Of a DNA stretch of 64,000 bases, positions 10,442 to 19,592 are shown in pieces. The stretch covers positions 5,444-69,443 of the forward strand of contig CAYRMI010000004.1 of the NCBI GenBank assembly GCA_964425625.1, written 5' to 3'. Each line of letters opens with the position of its first letter. Positions within the stretch are counted from its first letter, which is position 1. A program made the position numbers and the translations under genes. The stretch is from an uncultured Candidatus Saccharibacteria bacterium. Its GTDB lineage: Bacteria > Patescibacteriota > Minisyncoccia > Phycocordibacterales > UBA918. The notes under the pieces were generated by a model that had not been told where the DNA came from, ran no database searches, and worked only from the letters and a program-made list of their open reading frames with translations.

Positions 10442-10900
10442 ATGAGAAAAAGCTCAGAGAAATTTGTGATGTTCAAATTGGGCGCGAATACCGTCGCCTT
10501 ACGGGCGGAAGATGTAAGGTATCGGATAGATTGGCAGCTACCCATTACCACAATCGAGAATACTCCCCCCTACGTCCTTGGACGGACGATACTTTGTGCT
10601 GAGAAGGAAGTTGTCGTGCAAGATTTAGAGCGTCGCTTCTTTCCCTGTGCTTGCCTACCTACTCGGACGCTTACGCTTCTGGTTTGCTTGCCAGATCAAA
10701 GTCTGGCCGGCTTTATGGTCGATTATGACTGGGTGAGTGTAATCGAAATAGAGAAGCCTATGCGATATGGACCACTACCAGGCAACAATCCGCTCGATTC
10801 CTTTGTTGAAAGCATGGTTGTCTGGCGCGATAAGTTGCTGGGGGACAGCAACAAGTGTCTTTGGCTCTTAGATCCGCAAAAGCTAGCCCATATCAACTGA
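10442..10900 (+). CDS. CheW-like domain protein (divergent)
   Basis: FVMFKLG..VAL..EDV, ITTIENTPPYVLG, V.DL..RF, GFMVD, LLDPQKL pattern; AAGGA RBS. Confidence 0.6.
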   Translation: MRKSSEKFVMFKLGANTVALRAEDVRYRIDWQLPITTIENTPPYVLGRTILCAEKEVVVQDLERRFFPCACLPTRTLTLLVCLPDQSLAGFMVDYDWVSVIEIEKPMRYGPLPGNNPLDSFVESMVVWRDKLLGDSNKCLWLLDPQKLAHIN

Positions 10901-10917
10901 GACGGTCTTAGCAACAG

Positions 10918-10970
10918 ACGGCCACCACCAATCAAAATAAGCTTATTTTGATTGGTGGTGGCCGTTTTTT
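10918..10970 (+). terminator. Intrinsic terminator
   Basis: Perfect 48-bp palindrome (10918-10965) followed by a T tract. Confidence 0.8.
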
Positions 10971-11113
10971 ATATAAGCCAAAGACAGGAAATAGAATCTA
11001 AAAGATTGACTAAACAGCCAAATCATGCTTTAATAATAAAAATCCGCGGTTTGTGCTATGATTTTGCGGTTACCGACCTCTGGTTGGTATTTATTAAATA
11101 AGACCATTGGCTT

Positions 11114-11554
11114 ATTTTATCCACTGTCATACTTGCGGTTCTAGCTGCTACTTCCTTTTCTTCAGCTATTCCTCAAAGTGCAGAGTACGGTTACATTGCT
11201 ACCACCGTGGTAGCAGAAGAAGTAACGAGTACGACAGCTCTCAATACTGAGAAAATCGTCCGTTCTTACTTCCGTGACCTGCCAGTTATGGTACAAATTG
11301 CCCGTTGCGAGTCTACTTTTCAGCATACATTAGCTGATGGGACCATCCTCAAAGGAAGGGTCGATCCAGCTGATACCGGTGTGATGCAAATCAACAAGCG
11401 GTACCATGAGAAGACTGCAACCGCGATGAACCTTAACCTCGATGATATTTATCACAATATGGCCTATGCCCGCTATCTCTATGAGACACAGGGTACACAG
11501 CCATGGAGTGCTTCGGCTCCTTGTTGGAGTCCGACTCTTGCGATGAATATCTAA
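11114..11554 (+). CDS. Secreted lysozyme-like/lytic transglycosylase protein; start uncertain
   Basis: IARCES, GVMQIN, N..YA..LY...GTQPW..S..CW lysozyme-fold motifs; frame is open from 11102 with a signal-like peptide upstream of the first GTG (11207). Confidence 0.75.
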   Translation: MLSTVILAVLAATSFSSAIPQSAEYGYIATTVVAEEVTSTTALNTEKIVRSYFRDLPVMVQIARCESTFQHTLADGTILKGRVDPADTGVMQINKRYHEKTATAMNLNLDDIYHNMAYARYLYETQGTQPWSASAPCWSPTLAMNI

Positions 11555-11560
11555 AATAAA

Positions 11561-11590
11561 CACAAAAAGCGCCTCTGGGCGCTTTTTGTG
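11561..11590. terminator. Intrinsic terminator
   Basis: CACAAAAAGCGCC-TCTG-GGCGCTTTTTGTG hairpin. Confidence 0.8.
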
Positions 11591-11609
11591 TATACTAGTT
11601 AGAATAATT

Positions 11610-12086
11610 ATGGCAAAAAAATACTGGATAATGAAGAGCGAGCCTAGTGAGTTTGGGATTGATGACTTGGCTAGAAAGGGGAGTGCACTCTGGGACGGGG
11701 TGAGAAATTACCAAGTGCGCAATATGTTTCGGGATGATATGAAGGTCGGAGATTTAGCTTTGTTCTATCATTCTAACTGTAAAGAGATTGGGGTGGTGGG
11801 GGAGATGAAAATATTGGAGACAGCGAAGCCTGATCCGACGCAGTTTATAGCCGTGCACAAGTATTTTGATCCTAAGTCTTCGCCTGAAAATCCACGTTGG
11901 CTCGGACCGGTAGTGGGGTATATGAGAAAGTTTCCTCGTACTGTGTCGCTTGATGAACTTAAAGCGGATGCGGTGTTTTCTGACTTACCATTTATACAGA
12001 AGGGGAATCGACTGTCGGTGATTGAGATTTCAAAAAACCAGTATCAGACTATTTGCCGTCTGGCGAAGATTAAAAAGATAATATGA
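11610..12086 (+). CDS. EVE domain protein
   Basis: YWIMKSEP, WDGVRNYQVRN, MKVGDLALFYHS, RLSV. Confidence 0.93.
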   Translation: MAKKYWIMKSEPSEFGIDDLARKGSALWDGVRNYQVRNMFRDDMKVGDLALFYHSNCKEIGVVGEMKILETAKPDPTQFIAVHKYFDPKSSPENPRWLGPVVGYMRKFPRTVSLDELKADAVFSDLPFIQKGNRLSVIEISKNQYQTICRLAKIKKII

Positions 12087-12865
12087 AGATAGGTTTTTTT
12101 GATTCTGGTTTAGGCGGACTAATAATACTAAAGGCAGTAGCCAAGCATCTGCCAGAGTATGACTATGAATACTATGGTGATACAGCCAATGTGCCCTATG
12201 GTGATAAAACCGAGGAAGAAATTTTTGCTTTGACTAAGGCTGGAGTAGAACACCTTTTTTCGCGAGACTGCGCCTTGGTAATTATTGCCTGCAACACCGC
12301 TTCGGCTGAGACACTGCGAAAACTACAGGACTCAATCCTGGTTGGTGATTATGAAGACAGGAGAATACTGGGAGTGATTATTCCGACCGTAGAGACGGTT
12401 ATCGATAGTGAAGTAAAAGACGTGATGTTGTTTGCTACCAAACGAACAGTAGAATCACAGAAATATACCAAGGAGTTTAGTAAGCTAGATAGTACCTTAA
12501 ACCTCTCGGCCAAAGCCCTGCCGGCACTAGTCCCACTGATTGAGAACGGGGACTGGGAAAAAGCTGAGGAGATGCTGTGTGCTGAGACAAGACAGGCGAT
12601 TGATGGAGGCACTAAAAATATTATTCTGGGGTGTACTCATTACAGCTTATTAAAAGATAAGGTGAGAGCTGTGTCTGGCGTAGGGGAAGTATATTCTCAA
12701 GATGAAATTATCCCTCATAAAATCGCCGAATATCTACAGCGACACCCAGAGATTACACAAAGACTTTCTAAGACAGGAAAACGGGAAATAATCATCACCA
12801 AGCACAACCCACACTATGACCGCTTGACTGCCGAATTTCTCGGTGGGGTGTACCTACCAGAGTAG
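12083..12865 (+). CDS. murI: Glutamate racemase
   Basis: FDSGLGGL, PYGDK, IACNTAS, LGCTHY. Confidence 0.95.
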   Translation: MKIGFFDSGLGGLIILKAVAKHLPEYDYEYYGDTANVPYGDKTEEEIFALTKAGVEHLFSRDCALVIIACNTASAETLRKLQDSILVGDYEDRRILGVIIPTVETVIDSEVKDVMLFATKRTVESQKYTKEFSKLDSTLNLSAKALPALVPLIENGDWEKAEEMLCAETRQAIDGGTKNIILGCTHYSLLKDKVRAVSGVGEVYSQDEIIPHKIAEYLQRHPEITQRLSKTGKREIIITKHNPHYDRLTAEFLGGVYLPE

Positions 12866-12943
12866 GATAGGTGATATTTTTTCTGTACTGCTCCGCTCCG
12901 TGAAGGATGTTCTAACCACTCAATTCCATGCTAGGAAAGGTCT

Positions 12944-13927
12944 TTATTTTTGTAAGGGGTGGAATTTGTGATGAGTGTCTTCGGCGTAGCGGTCTGAGGC
13001 ATGGACGTAGCGGGTGGTTGTCTCTAATGATTCGTGACCAAGGAGAATTTGGATAGCTGCGGGGTTGGCGCCTTGCTCAGCTAGGTAGGTAGCGTAACCA
13101 TGGCGGAGGGAGTGAGCACTGGTGGGGACGATAATACCAAGTAGTTCGCGGTAGCGTTTAATTTTTGACTGGAGGTAATTAGGGGAGATGTGCTTTTTCT
13201 TGTCGGTGGCATTAGCCCCTCTCTTCGCTACGAATAAGTAGGGAAGCTCATCATCACGCAGTTTTAGGTATTCACCGATGTGATTTTGGGCTCGCTCAGT
13301 TAAATAAATGAAACGTTGTTTTTTACCTTTACCCTCGATGAAGATCTTTCCGGTTTGATCAATCTGATTGCGACGGAGGTTGATGAGTTCGGAGATACGC
13401 ATACCACTGGCAAACAGTGTCTCGAGCATGGCGCGATTACGCAGGGCGACAAATTTATTTCTTTCATACTGCATAGGGGACTCAATCAACTTTACTAATT
13501 CTTCCATCTCAGAAATCTGCGGGTGGCGCTTCTCGCGTCGTAGGAGTTTGATGACACTGGGATCGACGGGTACGTCGTAGTCCATGTCGATGAGGTAGGT
13601 TAGGTAACGACGTAGTGAGGTGAGGTGGCGATTGATAGTACCGCTGGTCAGTTTTTGGTTGGATTCTTGGTTGGCAGCGGTTTTCCGGTCAGAGGAATTT
13701 AGGTACGCCTTGTATTGTTCGATGGTTCTTTTGGTTACCTTACTAAAGAGTAGGGAAGAGAGGTCGTTCTTAAGAAAATTGGCAAAGGTCTCCAAGTCGC
13801 GTTCGTAGTTGTATAAAGTTTCCCCGGAATAATTGTTGGCTTGGATATGTAATAAAAAATCATCGAGCGCCGGTAGGAGATCGGTGGAATCATTTTTATT
13901 TTTAGTAGTGGAATTATTTTTTCGCAT
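12944..13927 (-). CDS. XerC/XerD-like tyrosine recombinase
   Basis: N-terminal SAM-like domain (YSGETLYNYERDL); catalytic R (SGMRISE), K (GKGKK), HSLRH, LGH, Y; start could be 13966. Confidence 0.93.
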   Translation of the reverse strand: MRKNNSTTKNKNDSTDLLPALDDFLLHIQANNYSGETLYNYERDLETFANFLKNDLSSLLFSKVTKRTIEQYKAYLNSSDRKTAANQESNQKLTSGTINRHLTSLRRYLTYLIDMDYDVPVDPSVIKLLRREKRHPQISEMEELVKLIESPMQYERNKFVALRNRAMLETLFASGMRISELINLRRNQIDQTGKIFIEGKGKKQRFIYLTERAQNHIGEYLKLRDDELPYLFVAKRGANATDKKKHISPNYLQSKIKRYRELLGIIVPTSAHSLRHGYATYLAEQGANPAAIQILLGHESLETTTRYVHASDRYAEDTHHKFHPLQK

Positions 13928-14007
13928 ATGACTACGGTGGGGAGTAGCTTCCCACATACTTAACATAATACAACAAGAGTCGGGAATAGAGCCTATTTAC
14001 TATGTTG

Positions 14008-14041
14008 ATAACTGAGTATAATTACTCTAATACTCAGTTAT
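14008..14041. other. Candidate dif (Xer recombination) site
   Basis: ACTGAGTATAA-TTACTC-TAATACTCAGT, 11-6-11 with near-identical inverted arms (13 of 14 match when extended); just upstream of the xer gene, at the apparent skew switch. Confidence 0.65.
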
Positions 14042-14771
14042 GTATATAAAATAACGCTGTATTCTACTATCGGTGTCTCCCCCGGCATTTTTGCTTTTTT
14101 GGTCTTAGATCTGGTTATGTGTACTTATATTATTCTCATTAATAATCTTAATCGCATGAAGAATCTCTTAGCTCTTTGTATATTTCCTTAAGTTTTTATT
14201 TTAAATTTATTTAATTAGTTTTATGTGTAGTATATTTTGACAAAATTTGTCACTTTTTAAATTAAAGCAAAATCACTCAGTTATCTGACTACTGACTACA
14301 ATCCTACCAATTTTGACGCTCTACAATCGATTTTAAGGCTCGCGAGCAATTATGAGACGTAGGTAGTATCCTCTAAGAAGACTCGCCAAGCGGATGAGTT
14401 TTTTACGATAATAAATTTCACCCAAAATCAGTCGTCTGATGATAAATATTTATAATAATATTAAAAATTTAATTTTTAAAAAAATATTTCAAACTCTAAA
14501 CTCTAATAACTTTAATAAATAAATTTTAAGAAAAAATTCATTTATAAAAATTTATTTTTCTATTGAACCCATAGTGACGCTACGTTCTAGTGAAGAATCG
14601 TAATACCGGTACCTTATAAAAGGTCCAAATTAAAATTTCTCATTCCATCAGATGCCCCTACTTCCCTACCAAAATTGAATTTTTTGCGACTTTAATTCAA
14701 TATATGGCTTATAATAAGGATTTTTGTATTAAAATTGATTTTATTAAGGATATTGGTATAAAAATTTTATT

Positions 14772-15638
14772 CTACCACCGTCCACTCGCTCCGCCACCAC
14801 CAGATCTACCGCCACCAAAACCACCAAATCCTCCACTGCTTCTACCTCCGCTACTAAACATTCCTCCACTTCGCCCGCTACCGCCGGGCCCCCCACCTCT
14901 TCTGGAGACAATCAAATCAAAAATTAAACCTAAAATACCAAAGATTAAACCAGCTGCAATGGCAGTTTGTGTAGTGCCAAATATCAACCCTGCTATCGAA
15001 CCAAATAACAGCCCTATAACCCCTCCGAGCCAAAAGGATTTTGTACTACCCAAAAACACCGCTAAGGCAACGATTATCATGCCTATAAAAGGAGAGATAT
15101 CAAAATCTACTTCTCCTTGACCTGTTTGATTTTCCACCGCACTGGGTAATACAGTAGATTCTGTAATCGCCTCGGTGACTTTATCAATCGCGCCCGAGAT
15201 ACCGGTGAAGTAGTCTTCGTTTTTGAAGGCGGGGGTGATAATGTCTCTTATTATCCAAAATGCTTGGGCGTCAGTAATTGTTCCCTCCAAACCATAGCCA
15301 ACTTCAATCCGCATCGCTCGCTCCTCCATGGCTATTAGTAGTAACAAACCATTATCCTTGTCCTTCTTCCCAATCCCCCACTCTGCAAATAACTGCACTG
15401 CATAATTTTCTACCGTCTCACCATCGAGGCTTTTTACTGTTACTACCGCCACTTCACTACCTTCGCTTGACGCTAGGTTTCTCAGTTTAGTTTCTAAGAC
15501 AACTTCCTGCTCTTCTGTGAGAATCTCGGCGTAGTCATTGACATAACCAGTCGGTTGACCGGGAGCTTTAAATGCCAGTACAGGAGAGAAACTTATTATT
15601 AATAGTACTGGTAGTAATATCCAGCTTTTCTTTGACAT
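14772..15638 (-). CDS. TPM domain protein (YgcG-like) with Gly-rich tail
   Basis: YVNDYAEIL, WGIGKKDKDNGLLL, RIEVGYGLEG, GGFGGFGGGRSGGGGASGRW. Confidence 0.92.
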   Translation of the reverse strand: MSKKSWILLPVLLIISFSPVLAFKAPGQPTGYVNDYAEILTEEQEVVLETKLRNLASSEGSEVAVVTVKSLDGETVENYAVQLFAEWGIGKKDKDNGLLLLIAMEERAMRIEVGYGLEGTITDAQAFWIIRDIITPAFKNEDYFTGISGAIDKVTEAITESTVLPSAVENQTGQGEVDFDISPFIGMIIVALAVFLGSTKSFWLGGVIGLLFGSIAGLIFGTTQTAIAAGLIFGILGLIFDLIVSRRGGGPGGSGRSGGMFSSGGRSSGGFGGFGGGRSGGGGASGRW

Positions 15639-16198
15639 TAGTTGGTAAATTTAACGGCTGGTGCTGTCTCCGCTCCTTCTACACTCTCAAAATATGGACG
15701 TTCTTCATAACCTAGTGAAGAAGCTATCCATTTAGTTGGTATTTGTTTGATACGAACGTTAAAGCTTTTTACCAAGTCATTAAACCGCATACGCTCAACG
15801 CTAATCCGATTTTCAGCACCCTCTAGTTGCGCCATGAGCGTTTGCATATTATCAGAAGACTTTAGTTGCGGATAATTTTCCATTATTACCAAGAGTCGAG
15901 CCAGCGCACCCTCTACTTCATTAGCTGCTGCTACCTTATCATCAACACTAGAAGCTCCGGCGTAGCGAGTGCGCGCTTCAGCAATAGCGGTAAAGATAGC
16001 TTGTTCTTGGGACATTATTCCCTTAACTGACTCAACTAAATTGGGAATCAAATCAAATCGACGTTGGTACTGAGTCTCCACCTGGGCCCATTGTCCATCG
16101 ACACTTTCGTTCAAAGCGACTAAAGAATTGTAAGTTGTCCAATAATATAAACCGCCCAGCATCACGATTGCCAACAAAACACCTAATATAGTTTTCAT
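15638..16198 (-). CDS. lemA: LemA family protein
   Basis: YNSLV, WAQVETQYQRRFDLIPNLV, ENYPQLKS, ENRISVER. Confidence 0.93.
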   Translation of the reverse strand: MKTILGVLLAIVMLGGLYYWTTYNSLVALNESVDGQWAQVETQYQRRFDLIPNLVESVKGIMSQEQAIFTAIAEARTRYAGASSVDDKVAAANEVEGALARLLVIMENYPQLKSSDNMQTLMAQLEGAENRISVERMRFNDLVKSFNVRIKQIPTKWIASSLGYEERPYFESVEGAETAPAVKFTN

Positions 16199-16299
16199 AA
16201 TTTAAATTATAAAACTAAATCTAGTGAGTATCAATGAATTACTGTTTAATATTATCGTTAATAAATAAGATTAAACTTGGTACAATAATAGAAATAGAT

Positions 16300-16815
16300 A
16301 TGAAATTAAAAAATTTGTTGCTGGGACAAATAACGGTACTGTCTGCCGGTACGTTTTTTGCTTGGTATACTGTATACACTGATTTCGTCGCTTTCTTGGC
16401 TGTCTACGATACTATTTTACGTTTTAGTGATTGTACTCCGCCTAATCCATTTACGCAGGCCTGCTTCTACGGCGCCTTCGTGTTTATTATCGCTCTGGTT
16501 TGGTCGGTGCGCCTATATAATACTGATGTCACTAGTCAGGTAAATAGCCAGCGTAAACTAACCTATCTCTTAGTTTTGGGTACCCTATTTGGCTGGAGCA
16601 ACTTTACCTATATGCTCTACAGTGCCAATACCCCATCTCCAAGTAGTTTTACTTGTGTCATCACCCCTGATACTAACCCCTTCACTACCGCCTGCTTTAT
16701 TGGCTCCGTCTTTTTTACTTTAGGTCTTTTAATTGCAGTCTATATCTATCGATCACTTAAAAGTGATAAATTAGGTGACAAAACAAACCCACACACTATC
16801 AGCCTAGACAACTAA
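16300..16815 (+). CDS. Hypothetical 4-TM protein with duplicated C..NPF...CF motif
   Basis: CTPPNPFTQACFYG and CVITPDTNPFTTACFIG, each between TM helices. Confidence 0.7.
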   Translation: MKLKNLLLGQITVLSAGTFFAWYTVYTDFVAFLAVYDTILRFSDCTPPNPFTQACFYGAFVFIIALVWSVRLYNTDVTSQVNSQRKLTYLLVLGTLFGWSNFTYMLYSANTPSPSSFTCVITPDTNPFTTACFIGSVFFTLGLLIAVYIYRSLKSDKLGDKTNPHTISLDN

Positions 16816-16929
16816 ATTTTAGAGGAGTAGCATATAGGTATTAGTAGCTAAAATTTAATTATTTGCGGTTTTATTCATAAGACACCAATAATACACATAT
16901 TACATTTATTGGCGCTCAGTCGTCATATC

Positions 16930-18993
16930 ATGAACACAAATATTCGAGGTTACAATCCTCTACAGAGGGTAATGTTAGCCGCAGCAGCGACCTTGGTCTT
17001 TGCTGGGATTTTTATTTTCGGATTCTTATTAAGCGTGAATTTTGTGCATGCTGTTACCACGGAAGATCTGCTCGATGCCGTACCATCAGGTAGCTTAGCG
17101 GAGTGGACAGTCAGCGATACCGGTGGTAATCCAATCTTCACTTACGAGGAGATTACCTCACCTTACGATAATTCTACCGCTATCAAAACCAGCGTGGATG
17201 GTAACACGATTATGAACTGTCCGACCAGATTTATCGCTCGTACTTATGAGTGGGGTGGAAACACTTCCTACACAGACCTCAAGGCATATCTTGCTTTCAC
17301 TTCCTCACTGAGTTACTACAATTTTCCCTATGTCGTAGTGGAAATATTTGATGAAGCTGATAATAAACTTGGCTACGAGGTCTATTATGGTAAAGATATT
17401 ATCGGTACTTATTACGAAGGTATTATAGCTGGAGACCCTACTAATTATACCGAGCTACCTGTTGCCGAGGGTGACGTAACAATCGACCTCTCGGCCATCG
17501 GATCTGATATAAATTTCAAGTATTTTAAACTTACTATCTCAAACTATACTTGTGAAGGTACAAACTCGCTTGTCTTCGACCATCTAAGAATTGTAAATGG
17601 CAGTTTTACTGGTGATACAGAAAACACTATTCCGGTAGCCAACCCCGATTCATTTACCGTGGAAGCTGGTGAGTTGTACGCCGGACAAGTGGCCGGATCA
17701 GATACTGATGGTGACCCGCTCACCTTTGAATCTACTACTCCTCCCATGTATGGCACACTCCACTTCAATTCTAATGGCAGTTTCACCTACGAAGCTGACT
17801 CAGATTATGCCGGAGATGATTCATTTGCCTTCAGACTATATGATGGAGAGGATTATTCTGCTCCAGCAACTATTAGTATCACCGTGACAGAACCTCCACC
17901 AGCAAAAGTGATAAAGCTGTTGATCTATAACCCAAATGTGTACGGTCCCGACGATGAAGAATGTAAAGGAGACTACGGCGCTCTACCCTATGAGTACTTA
18001 GAAGCCAATGATGTTGAGGTAACATTTTGGTGCAATGACACCATCGTTGATGCCGGTGTGTTAGCAAACTATGATGTACTCTATGTCGGACGAGCCCGCG
18101 CTAGTTATTATGGGGCAACCTACATTAATTCAACCGACCTAAAAAACTGGGTTTCTACTGGTGGTGGAGCCATACTAGAAAGCACCGGTGATAGTTTTGA
18201 ACCAGGAACCACAAACATGATTTGGCCAGGGATTTACGAGCTATTTGGCTATAACAATTGCCCCGTTATTGGTTCTTCCGATAATAGTGGCGGTGGCCCC
18301 TTGACTAAACTAATTGATCATCCAATCTGGGACGGAGTAGATGGACCGGTTGGAGACAGTAACACTGGACTCTATGATGATGAATTAGATGATTCATGTA
18401 TCGGAACAGGCGTTAAAATTGGAACATCAGGCTCATCCAAACAGAGCCCGATGGTAAACGAATTTGGTGCTGGACGTACCTATTCAGGAGTACTCGTTGA
18501 CTACACAATAAACGATGATTCACAAAGATACTTCCTAAATGTTGTCGACTGGGTGGCTCAAGGTGGTCGTGAGCGTGACATTAATCCACCGGTTATAACT
18601 CTGAATGGTAAATCAGTTATAAAAATTGAAGTCGGCGACAGTTATATTGATGAAGGTGCCACAGCAGAGGATGACATTGATGGTGTGGTCGAAGTTGTTA
18701 CTACGGGGACAGTAGATACCAATACTCCCGGCACTTATGAAATCACCTACACTGCTCAGGACTATAGTGGAAACATTGCCACTCTGACAAGGTCTGTTAA
18801 GGTCGCTGAAATTGACAAAGGCTCTGGTGGCAGTGCTACTCGTGTAGGAGAGCGAAAACAAACCAGAGAAACTGCGCAAGGTCTGGTTCTTGGAGCCCAG
18901 ACTTCCGCTACGCCTTTGGAGCAAATGAGACAGATTAGATTACAACTTATCAAGATTCTTAAACTTTACGTTGAACTACTAAAGAAAGGTTAA
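16930..18993 (+). CDS. Surface protein with Ig/cadherin-like and DUF5011-like repeats
   Basis: Signal/TM; PVANPDSF...D.DGDPLTF...GSFTY...GDDSF (Ig/cadherin-like repeat); PPVITLNG...DEGATAEDDIDG...GTYEITYTA.D.SGN; C-terminal GLVLGA segment. Confidence 0.8.
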   Translation: MNTNIRGYNPLQRVMLAAAATLVFAGIFIFGFLLSVNFVHAVTTEDLLDAVPSGSLAEWTVSDTGGNPIFTYEEITSPYDNSTAIKTSVDGNTIMNCPTRFIARTYEWGGNTSYTDLKAYLAFTSSLSYYNFPYVVVEIFDEADNKLGYEVYYGKDIIGTYYEGIIAGDPTNYTELPVAEGDVTIDLSAIGSDINFKYFKLTISNYTCEGTNSLVFDHLRIVNGSFTGDTENTIPVANPDSFTVEAGELYAGQVAGSDTDGDPLTFESTTPPMYGTLHFNSNGSFTYEADSDYAGDDSFAFRLYDGEDYSAPATISITVTEPPPAKVIKLLIYNPNVYGPDDEECKGDYGALPYEYLEANDVEVTFWCNDTIVDAGVLANYDVLYVGRARASYYGATYINSTDLKNWVSTGGGAILESTGDSFEPGTTNMIWPGIYELFGYNNCPVIGSSDNSGGGPLTKLIDHPIWDGVDGPVGDSNTGLYDDELDDSCIGTGVKIGTSGSSKQSPMVNEFGAGRTYSGVLVDYTINDDSQRYFLNVVDWVAQGGRERDINPPVITLNGKSVIKIEVGDSYIDEGATAEDDIDGVVEVVTTGTVDTNTPGTYEITYTAQDYSGNIATLTRSVKVAEIDKGSGGSATRVGERKQTRETAQGLVLGAQTSATPLEQMRQIRLQLIKILKLYVELLKKG

Positions 18994-19012
18994 CACTAGA
19001 AATAGTTAAATA

Positions 19013-19057
19013 ACAACGACCATCAGCTTCTGTAAACTGATGGCCGTTGCTTTATTT
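19013..19057 (+). terminator. Probable intrinsic terminator
   Basis: CAACGACCATCAG...CTGATGGCCGTTG followed by a T-rich tract. Confidence 0.55.
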
Positions 19058-19128
19058 AACCTTGACTTAAGGTACTTATTGGTACATTATTTCCGCCAGA
19101 AGCCACACGCCGTGTGGTAATAACGGAG

Positions 19129-19401
19129 ATGATGATGCTCGAGACTAGTATTGTAATTCAAGCTGAAATCGAAGGATTCACAGGCTTGACTCAGGTCCGG
19201 ACGGTCAACCGTCTGCGTTACCTTGGTATCGACCCTAAGCTCATCGATGCGGCGATGGTGGCCGTTGCCGATTCGCCAGCCTACCGTCAAGCCGAGGCCG
19301 ACATCATTCTCTTTGCCATGGAGCTCTGGTCGGTAGAAGACGATATCGCTCTGGAAATCCTCAATGGCCAAAGGCCGTGCCCAGTATCAAATCATCACTA
19401 G
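19129..19401 (+). CDS. Hypothetical protein
   Basis: ORF with GGAG RBS, higher GC than neighbours, followed by CCGCCACACC...GGTGTGGCGG hairpin. Confidence 0.5.
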   Translation: MMMLETSIVIQAEIEGFTGLTQVRTVNRLRYLGIDPKLIDAAMVAVADSPAYRQAEADIILFAMELWSVEDDIALEILNGQRPCPVSNHH

Positions 19402-19592
19402 ACCCCGCCACACCCCGGGTAAGAAAGAACAATCGTTCCGACTTCCCCATCACGGTGTGGCGGTTCTTTCGTTTAAAATCACCAAGTTTCGCTTTAACTT
19501 TTTTCTCAAACTGTTTGTATTTTCATTTCTCCGCTATTATTACCGTTTGACCTCACTTTGCAGTCCGGGAAAACAATGATAGGCTCCCCTAT

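Noticed and set aside
13958-13985. Canonical XerC/XerD dif using ACTTAACATAA as XerD arm
   Set aside because: The XerD-like arm is present but has no matching partner arm across a 6-bp spacer; the symmetric site at 14011 is the better candidate.
14042-14770. Hidden gene in the AT-rich spacer
   Set aside because: No credible ORF or RNA structure; consistent with a low-complexity terminus-adjacent region.
14704-15120. Proline-rich + strand ORF
   Set aside because: Mirror of the Gly-rich tail of the TPM gene on the - strand.
19540-19592. preQ1 riboswitch upstream of the VUT gene
   Set aside because: No GUUC-loop hairpin followed by the A-rich tail.
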